This document shows positions 58,231-64,000 of a stretch of 64,000 bases of DNA, piece after piece (positions within the stretch are counted from its first letter, which is position 1; each line of letters opens with the position of its first letter). This stretch comes from a virus, in IMG/VR virus record IMGVR_UViG_3300021962_000035, positions 57,824 through 121,823 of that record; one strand, given 5' to 3'. Position numbers and translations under genes: made by a program. A model generated the notes under the pieces. It did no database searches and was not told the DNA's origin. It was given only the letters and a program-made list of their open reading frames with translations.

Positions 58231-60258
58231 ATGTCAGGAATTAGTCATTTATATGATCTCTATAACAAGAAAGGAAAGGATTTTATCGATAGTCTTTTCA
58301 ATTCTTATGTTACCGTCAATGAGAAGATGGATGGATCTGCTTTTATCTTCGAAAGAGATATAGAGACAGGTAAATTTAATTTCTTCAAGAGAGATCAAAG
58401 AAACCCTATAACGTTAGTTGATAGGACATTGATGAAGTATTACGAGAAGCCTATTCAGTATATCGAATCCCTTCCTCCTCACATCATCAAGGAGATTCCT
58501 AGAGGGTGGAGATTCGGTCTTGAATATTTTGCCAACAATGCTCCAGTAGAGATTGTTTATGACGAGGTACCTAAAAACAACCTAATACTTTCTTATGTTC
58601 ATAAGAAGGATGAATTAGGAAAGGCTATGGGAACTATTCAGGGCAAAAATAAGCTTGACGATTGGGCAGATTTATTAGGTGTTGAAAGACCTCCTATTAT
58701 TTTTCAAGGATACTTAAGCAAAGAACAAAAGGACAGAATCCTAGATTTCTTAAGAACCCCATTCGAAGATCTCGTAACTGAGTACAAAACTAGAAGCTTC
58801 GTTGCTTTTATTATCGGAGTACTTAATCCGGAATTAAAGAAAACAGCTTTAAATGCAGATCTACAAAAACCAATAGAAGGTATTGTATTTAGATTCGGAG
58901 AAGAGGATGCAGAGCAGGAGCCAATCTTATCTAAGATGGTAGATCCTGTTTTCACAGAACTTGCTAAATCTAAAGCGAAAAAGAGAGTAGAAGAAAAACC
59001 TAGCGACTTCTTAGGAATCACGATACTTGATGTAATGAACTTCATTCTTGAACAAGGTGTCGAGACATTCGAGGTTGAAGGAACAACGGAGGATGAAAGA
59101 TACATTTCATTCATTTCTGACGTCTTCTCTAAATTCCTTGATGAGTATGGTTATAAGTACAAAGGAGCAGATTTTCAGGAGCCTGAGTACTTAAAAAGAG
59201 AAGAGTTTAGATTAAACAAAAATCTGATAACTGATAAAAGAGTATTAAGATACCTAGATGAGGATGAGTCTTTTGAATCTTTATTTAAGCTTATTCTAAA
59301 TTCGTTTAGAAAGATCAAAAAAAGAGCAGGCGGAATAATAACTCCGGGAATCATAGATCAATTCAATTCGGTGGTTTCTTCGATAGAGAAGATGGTAGCT
59401 GCCAAAGAGAGCAAGCCAGCTATAACCGAATCCGAAATGCCTTCCTTCCTTGACTTCAAAAAGAATAATCTAAAACCTAAAAAGGTGGAGTATGTAACTA
59501 GCGAATCTGAGGATGGATCAAAGGCTGACGATCACTTCTATTCTTATAACGAATTCATATCAGCTTTAGAAACAATTGATACAACCAAGAAGGATATACC
59601 TAAAATTGAGGAGAACAAAGAAAAGGTAGAAGAGGATGAAAAACCCGAACTTAAAGACGTTAATCTTTTAGTCGGTAGATTCCAACCATTCCATAACGGG
59701 CATTTAAAAATGGCCACTTTCCTTAAGGAGAAAAATGATCTTCCGAGTATAGTTGCTGTCGTTCACCCCGGACATAATAAATCAGGTAAATCCCCATTCA
59801 GTGAGAATGTGGTAGCAAAATATATGGAATCGGTGGTAAAAGACAGCCCGGGAAAAATTGAAGGGTACTTCATTGTTAAAAGGGGTTTACTTGGAGTAAT
59901 TTACGGAGCAGCTAAAGAGATGGGTTACAAAGTTAATCTAATCGGAGCTGGTGACGATAGAATGGAAGACTACAAAAAACAATCAGAATACCTTAAAAAA
60001 GCTGGTGGAGATTTTCCTAAGGAAATTGAGGTTGTAGAAACACCTAGATCCACATCAGGTACAGAAGTTAGAAAAGCTATAGAAAATGAAGATTTCTTAG
60101 CATTCAAGAAATTGGTTCCGCAGGGGGTATCATCTTTCTATAACAGCTTGCTTTCCTCAATAAACGGTAAGGGTATCAAGGAATCGGAAGAAGCTATTAC
60201 AGAGAGTGAAATAGCGGAGCTTGAAACAAAAGCTTTAAAAGAAAATATTGAAAAATAA
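58231..60258 (+). CDS. RNA ligase (Rnl2-like) domain fused to a HIGH-family (NadM/cytidylyltransferase-like) nucleotidyltransferase
   Basis: Ligase motifs I EKMDGS, III FGLEY, IV EGIVFR, V LSKMVD; C-terminal LLVGRFQPFHNGH, SPFS, SGTEVRK...LVP. Confidence 0.85.
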   Translation: MSGISHLYDLYNKKGKDFIDSLFNSYVTVNEKMDGSAFIFERDIETGKFNFFKRDQRNPITLVDRTLMKYYEKPIQYIESLPPHIIKEIPRGWRFGLEYFANNAPVEIVYDEVPKNNLILSYVHKKDELGKAMGTIQGKNKLDDWADLLGVERPPIIFQGYLSKEQKDRILDFLRTPFEDLVTEYKTRSFVAFIIGVLNPELKKTALNADLQKPIEGIVFRFGEEDAEQEPILSKMVDPVFTELAKSKAKKRVEEKPSDFLGITILDVMNFILEQGVETFEVEGTTEDERYISFISDVFSKFLDEYGYKYKGADFQEPEYLKREEFRLNKNLITDKRVLRYLDEDESFESLFKLILNSFRKIKKRAGGIITPGIIDQFNSVVSSIEKMVAAKESKPAITESEMPSFLDFKKNNLKPKKVEYVTSESEDGSKADDHFYSYNEFISALETIDTTKKDIPKIEENKEKVEEDEKPELKDVNLLVGRFQPFHNGHLKMATFLKEKNDLPSIVAVVHPGHNKSGKSPFSENVVAKYMESVVKDSPGKIEGYFIVKRGLLGVIYGAAKEMGYKVNLIGAGDDRMEDYKKQSEYLKKAGGDFPKEIEVVETPRSTSGTEVRKAIENEDFLAFKKLVPQGVSSFYNSLLSSINGKGIKESEEAITESEIAELETKALKENIEK

Positions 60259-60266
60259 AACTTAAA

Positions 60267-60830
60267 ATGAGAAGACTAATATCTACATTCGAGCAATTCA
60301 AAATAAACGAGATGGATTCAAAGAATCTACACGAATCGGATGGATTCGGGACTTCCCCATTTCTACTAATTAAGAACGGTGATATTTACAACTACTTCTT
60401 TAACATAGAAGAAGAAAATGGAGAATCCGAGAAGGGGTTTCATTTCATAGTTGGGAAATACTCTAACAACGAAGTTATTGATGGACCTAAAAATTCTTAT
60501 TGCGTATTAACTTTAAATGAAATAGCTCAAGAGCTCATAGAGGATATCGCTGTAGAGAAGGAGGAAGTTCCCCAGCCAAACACTATGAAATTCAAAGCTG
60601 GCGGAAACATGGTTTCTAGAATAATGGAATATTGCTCAAAATGCTTAAGCAGCTATTTGGAGGCAAATCCTAAGGTGAATAGAATATATGACGAGATTCA
60701 GGATAATCTAGAGTTTGACGGGAAGGGAGAGTATATTGAGTTTATGAAATCGATAGTTATTTCTTACCTAGGAACAAACTGGTCAGTTCAACAGGGATCC
60801 ACTAAAAAATCGGTGTTAATAAGCAGATAG
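60267..60830 (+). CDS. Hypothetical protein with capsid-targeting-like leader
   Basis: MRRLISTFEQFKINE|MD leader and a second L-H-E site. Confidence 0.75.
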   Translation: MRRLISTFEQFKINEMDSKNLHESDGFGTSPFLLIKNGDIYNYFFNIEEENGESEKGFHFIVGKYSNNEVIDGPKNSYCVLTLNEIAQELIEDIAVEKEEVPQPNTMKFKAGGNMVSRIMEYCSKCLSSYLEANPKVNRIYDEIQDNLEFDGKGEYIEFMKSIVISYLGTNWSVQQGSTKKSVLISR

Positions 60831-60886
60831 GGTGAAACATTCACAATAAATAAAGTATAAATTACAATCTAAATAAATAAATAATC

Positions 60887-61066
60887 ATGGAAAAATTCGA
60901 ACAAATCAAGGCCTTGATCGAAAGCACTCAAGGAGACGTAGAAAAGTTTTTTGAAAAAGGTAACGGCTCAGCTGGTACAAGAGTAAGACAAGCTATGCAA
61001 GAGTTAAAGAAGCTTGCTCAAGATCTTAGATTAGAAGTACAAGAGGCTAAAAACAAAAAAGCTTAA
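60887..61066 (+). CDS. Histone H1-like Hc1-family small protein, 59 aa
   Basis: Translated by hand: MEKFEQIKALIESTQGDVEKFFEKGNGSAGTRVRQAMQELKKLAQDLRLEVQEAKNKKA; the GNxxAGTRxR motif is typical of Bacteroidota Hc1-like proteins. Not in the track. Confidence 0.85.
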   Translation: MEKFEQIKALIESTQGDVEKFFEKGNGSAGTRVRQAMQELKKLAQDLRLEVQEAKNKKA

Positions 61067-61089
61067 TTAACCCTTTAAACAAAAAGCTA

Positions 61090-61299
61090 ATGAGCTATTA
61101 CGTAGTTAAGACAAGTTTCGAATCCGGAGAGGTTAACAAGAACGGAGATCCTGTTTACAAAAAAGCAGAATTCTTAGTATCTGGTGAATCTGTTATGGAA
61201 GTTGAAACTAAGATGGCTGAATACTTAGATGGTTCAGTCGGAGGATTTGAGACAACTCAAATCACAAAATCAAAAATAGAGGCTGTCGTAGGCGAATAA
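61090..61299 (+). CDS. DUF4494-like small protein
   Basis: YYVVKTSF...KKAEFLVSGESVMEVETKMAEYL...FETTQITKSKIEAV resembles the Bacteroidota DUF4494 N-terminal domain. Confidence 0.7.
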   Translation: MSYYVVKTSFESGEVNKNGDPVYKKAEFLVSGESVMEVETKMAEYLDGSVGGFETTQITKSKIEAVVGE

Positions 61300-61300
61300 A

Positions 61301-61486
61301 ATGTCTAAAACAAAAAATCCCGAAACAAGTTCTTACACACCGCCAAAAACCATTAGGAAAATCCAAAAAGGTGATAAAGGCTACGCCCTAGTTAAAAAAG
61401 CTTTTGATAAAGCTTTTGAAGGAGATACAATCATGAATTTTTCTGATTGGACAAAAAAAGAGAATAAAGAAAATGTCGAAGACTAA
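61301..61486 (+). CDS. Small hypothetical protein (paralogue A)
   Basis: Shares MSKT..ET..Y.PP...IQ.GD.G[YF]ALV.K...F.DW with the next gene. Confidence 0.7.
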   Translation: MSKTKNPETSSYTPPKTIRKIQKGDKGYALVKKAFDKAFEGDTIMNFSDWTKKENKENVED

Positions 61487-61712
61487 TGCTGAAACAAAAT
61501 TTTATGCTCCCCCTCAATCGCCAATTGCTATTCAACCAGGAGATACTGGATTTGCCTTAGTAGGCAAAGGATATAATCGATTTATTTGGACCTTCAATGA
61601 TTGGTACAAATCTAAAAAGAAAATTATCAATCCAGACAAGAATTGGGATTTATCCTCTAAACCCATAACCCAAAAGGAATGGGAAGAAAAGAAAAAGGAC
61701 TTATATTTATAA
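61473..61712 (+). CDS. Small hypothetical protein (paralogue B)
   Basis: Paralogous to the previous gene; stop codon lies inside the terminator hairpin. Confidence 0.72.
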   Translation: MSKTNAETKFYAPPQSPIAIQPGDTGFALVGKGYNRFIWTFNDWYKSKKKIINPDKNWDLSSKPITQKEWEEKKKDLYL

Positions 61713-61724
61713 GTCCTTTTTTTT
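61692..61724 (+). terminator. Rho-independent terminator (possibly bidirectional)
   Basis: Perfect inverted repeat AAAAAGGACTTATA / TATAAGTCCTTTTT followed by extra Ts. Confidence 0.85.
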
Positions 61725-61726
61725 GT

Positions 61727-61734
61727 GATATATA
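61727..61734 (+). promoter_or_regulatory. GATATATA candidate late promoter
   Basis: Immediately after the terminator, 19 nt upstream of ATG 61754. Confidence 0.62.
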
Positions 61735-61753
61735 GATCAAAATAGAATCGACA

Positions 61754-62560
61754 ATGCTTAGGATTTTATCATTTGATCAATATTTATCAGAAGGAGCGGA
61801 TTTCGCAGATAAACTAAATGTTCTTAAAACAACTAAAACAACTTCAGCAGATCCTGTTGTTGATAGTTTTTATAGCTCCATTAAAAATACCCAGCCAGAA
61901 GAATTGCCTAGAGGCAGCAACAAAGGTCCAAAGGTCGAGCCTTTACAAAAAGGTGTTGGTGCAAGACCCGGAGATCCTTGGTGTGCAGCATTTGTTCATA
62001 GTGTTTTAACCAAGACTAATTTTTCTTCGGATATAAAGAAACAAATACCTGACGATGCAGCAGTTAGATATCATTGGAATAATTCAAAGGCAAAAAAGAT
62101 CTCATATGATTCAAAAACAAGCCTAGATACTATACTTCCTGGTATGGTTTTTTGTTATCTTACGAAGGATAAAAAAACTAATACTTACCCTGGACACGGA
62201 CACACTGGTATAATTTTATCGGTTGATAAAGACAAGAAAACTTGGACCGGTGTGGAGGGTAACGCAAATCCTCTAGACGGGAGCAGAGAAGGTTATGGAA
62301 CCTTCATCGTAACTAGAAAATTTGCAGATCCAAGCATATCTAAAGATCCCAAAGATCACCCTGCTAAAATGCTAGGTTTCATAGATTATTTTGCACCATA
62401 CAGAAAAAATTCAGGATTTACTAATTCTCTATCATCTAAATTGAAATCAGCTCTAAATGAGCTACTACCCAAAACCAATAAAGAGGTAGCTTATCTCTCG
62501 GCGCATCCAGAGGTATTAAAAGATTACGAAGAAAATTATAACAACAGAAATAAATCATAA
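61754..62560 (+). CDS. CHAP/NlpC-P60-type peptidoglycan amidase/peptidase with capsid-targeting-like leader
   Basis: SNKGPKV...PWCAAFV (Cys), GHTGII (His), VEGNAN motifs; MLRILSFDQYLSE|GA leader. Confidence 0.85.
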   Translation: MLRILSFDQYLSEGADFADKLNVLKTTKTTSADPVVDSFYSSIKNTQPEELPRGSNKGPKVEPLQKGVGARPGDPWCAAFVHSVLTKTNFSSDIKKQIPDDAAVRYHWNNSKAKKISYDSKTSLDTILPGMVFCYLTKDKKTNTYPGHGHTGIILSVDKDKKTWTGVEGNANPLDGSREGYGTFIVTRKFADPSISKDPKDHPAKMLGFIDYFAPYRKNSGFTNSLSSKLKSALNELLPKTNKEVAYLSAHPEVLKDYEENYNNRNKS

Positions 62561-62564
62561 GAAT

Positions 62565-62942
62565 ATGCCAGCAGTAAGTACAGCACAACAGAGATTAATG
62601 GCTCAGGCCTATGCAATAAAAATGGGGGAGATGGATCCTTCAGATCTTAATCCTAAATACAAGAAAGCTATTCTGAATCTTGCAGATAGCATGACCAAGA
62701 AGGAGTTGGAAAAATACGCTTCGACAAAGCACAAAAATTTACCACATCACGTTAACGAGGAAGTAATGGGTGATATGCCAGTTAGTTTAGAACCTGTTGG
62801 TTCTGATAAAATACCGACGTTTCAACCGAAGGGACCTGGAAAAATAGTTCCCTTCCTAGATCCAGACTCTAGACAAAAGAAAAAAGGTAAGAAGAATTTA
62901 GAAAATCTTAAAGATTATAGAGATTGGTTGGATCAAAAATAA
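62565..62942 (+). CDS. DUF3008-like protein
   Basis: MPAVSTAQQRLMAQAYAIKMGE...DSMTKKELEKYASTKHKNLP matches the DUF3008 pattern (MPAKSKAQQ...SMSEKELEELASTK). Confidence 0.75.
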   Translation: MPAVSTAQQRLMAQAYAIKMGEMDPSDLNPKYKKAILNLADSMTKKELEKYASTKHKNLPHHVNEEVMGDMPVSLEPVGSDKIPTFQPKGPGKIVPFLDPDSRQKKKGKKNLENLKDYRDWLDQK

Positions 62943-62959
62943 TCTTCTCTTAGTAGTTA

Positions 62960-64000
62960 ATGGCTAAATTCCCATCAAATCCCAAGATTGGCCAAGCTTT
63001 TATTGGCGATCCAGGAACGTTATACGTCTGGAACGGATATCAGTGGCAGCTAGTTACGGTTGGGGGGAGTGCTGGAGCACAAGGTGCCCAGGGAGCACAA
63101 GGACCAGCTTATGGTTCTAGCGGTTCTAGCGGATCCTCAGGAGCCCAGGGTGCTCAAGGTGCTTCTGGATCGGGAACATCTGGTTCTTCCGGTGCTCAAG
63201 GGGCTCAGGGTGCTCAAGGTGCTTCTGGATCGGGAACATCTGGTTCGTCCGGTGCTCAAGGGGCTCAGGGTGCTCAAGGTGCTTCTGGCTCTGGTTCTTC
63301 TGGCTCTGCTGGTACTAGCGGGGTTGATGGTAATTTTTATGGTTCTTCTGGAAGCTCTGGTAAAAATGGGTCTTCGGGAACATCAGGATCTAACGGGTCC
63401 TCGGGGACATCAGGATCTAATGGGTCTTCGGGAAGTTCGGGAAGTTCGGGAAGTTCTGGTACCTCGGGTACCTCTGGTAGTTCAGGCAGCAGTGGAAGCA
63501 GTGGAACTTCGGGAAGCAGCGGAACTTCGGGATCTAATGGATCTAGCGGAACATCGGGAACCTCTGGTATTGCAGGAATCTCAGGTATTAACGGTTCCGA
63601 TGGAACTAGTGGAACTTCGGGATCTAGCGGGACCTCAGGATCTAGCGGGACCTCCGGAGCTAACGGTTCCAGTGGAACCTCTGGTGCTAATGGATCATCT
63701 GGATCTAGTGGAACTTCAGGAACATCTGGACTTGCAGGAATTGCTGGCGTCAATGGTTCTAATGGAACGAGTGGAAGTTCAGGGAGCAGTGGAGGTACTG
63801 GATCTTCAGGAACATCCGGATCTAGTGGATCTAGTGGATCTAGCGGAACATCTGGATCTAGTGGGTCTGCAGGAACATCCGGATCTTCAGGAACCTCTGG
63901 CTCTAGTGGAAACACGGGTTCTAGCGGAACATCAGGTTCCAGCGGAACTTCGGGTTCTAGTGGAAGCTCTGGATCCAGCGGGATTACCGGATCTAGTGGA
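62960..64000 (+). CDS. Gly-Ser-Ser/Gly-Ala-Gln collagen-like fibre protein, truncated by the window end
   Basis: Translated by hand: MAKFPSNPKIGQAFIGDPGTLYVWNGYQWQ, then GAQ and GSS/GTS triplets; no stop seen before 64000. Absent from the track because it has no stop. Confidence 0.9.
   Translation, partial: MAKFPSNPKIGQAFIGDPGTLYVWNGYQWQLVTVGGSAGAQGAQGAQGPAYGSSGSSGSSGAQGAQGASGSGTSGSSGAQGAQGAQGASGSGTSGSSGAQGAQGAQGASGSGSSGSAGTSGVDGNFYGSSGSSGKNGSSGTSGSNGSSGTSGSNGSSGSSGSSGSSGTSGTSGSSGSSGSSGTSGSSGTSGSNGSSGTSGTSGIAGISGINGSDGTSGTSGSSGTSGSSGTSGANGSSGTSGANGSSGSSGTSGTSGLAGIAGVNGSNGTSGSSGSSGGTGSSGTSGSSGSSGSSGTSGSSGSAGTSGSSGTSGSSGNTGSSGTSGSSGTSGSSGSSGSSGITGSSG
63121..63300 (+). repeat. 60-bp in-frame tandem repeat, 3 copies (GSSGAQGAQGAQGASGSGTS)
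   Basis: Lines 63121, 63181 and 63241 align with 60-nt periodicity; copies 2 and 3 are nearly identical. Confidence 0.9.

Noticed and set aside
58231-60258. Calling the HIGH domain a complete NARP NAD+ reconstitution pathway
   Set aside because: No Nampt or Adps partner in the window; substrate unknown, so it is kept only as a hypothesis.
63337-63915. 192-aa minus-strand Pro/Glu/Asp-rich ORF
   Set aside because: Antisense shadow of the GSS/GTS repeat gene on the + strand.
1-64000. Stop-codon recoding (as in Lak/crAss-like phages)
   Set aside because: Genes are intact and tightly packed under the standard code; TAG and TGA both terminate real genes (e.g. TAG at 52072 and 60830, TGA at 3344 and 54475).
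1-64000. tRNA/rRNA genes, introns, inteins, homing endonucleases, transposases, DGR
   Set aside because: Intergenic gaps are short, and I saw no cloverleaf, LAGLIDADG/HNH/GIY-YIG, intein or reverse transcriptase motifs. tRNAscan/Infernal were not run.
1-64000. Giant eukaryotic virus (NCLDV) or bacterial chromosome origin
   Set aside because: T4-type baseplate, neck, gp32, gp61, UvsY and UvsW genes plus bacterial-type terminators indicate a tailed bacteriophage; no housekeeping operons.

Overview
A 64-kb segment of a large T4-like (myovirus, jumbo/mega-phage-type) dsDNA phage genome: AT-rich, standard genetic code, almost entirely + strand. 3.7-50.5 kb is a tail/baseplate/fibre morphogenesis module: tube-fold proteins; gp53-, gp27-, gp5-, gp13-, gp25-, gp6- and gp7-like proteins; PKD/beta-propeller and collagen-containing fibres; and very large Gly/Thr/Ser-rich structural proteins. 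Non-structural genes are embedded in it (ribosomal protein bS1-like, amidoligase, inverted phoH, spanin-like). 51-56.7 kb is a T4-like recombination/replication block (RuvC-like, gp32 SSB, gp61 primase, UvsY, UvsW). 56.7-64 kb is an accessory block: Pol-beta-type nucleotidyltransferase, RNA-ligase/HIGH-nucleotidyltransferase fusion, Hc1-like, DUF4494-like, CHAP amidase, DUF3008-like, and a truncated Gly-Ser-Ser collagen-like protein. A Bacteroidota host is inferred from A-rich leaders without an obvious Shine-Dalgarno, the bS1 DFNWD motif, and Hc1/DUF4494/Reg_prop/spanin-like families. Main hunt results: (1) a GATATATA octamer just upstream of about 10 gene starts (candidate late promoter); (2) a set of non-tail proteins with an N-terminal leader resembling the T4 capsid-targeting sequence and a gp21-type cleavage site; (3) among them, a candidate virion-packaged cassette carrying three unrelated nucleotidyl-transfer folds; (4) two small ORFs and two edge-truncated ORFs absent from the ORF track. 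All family calls come from motif recognition by eye; no searches were run.
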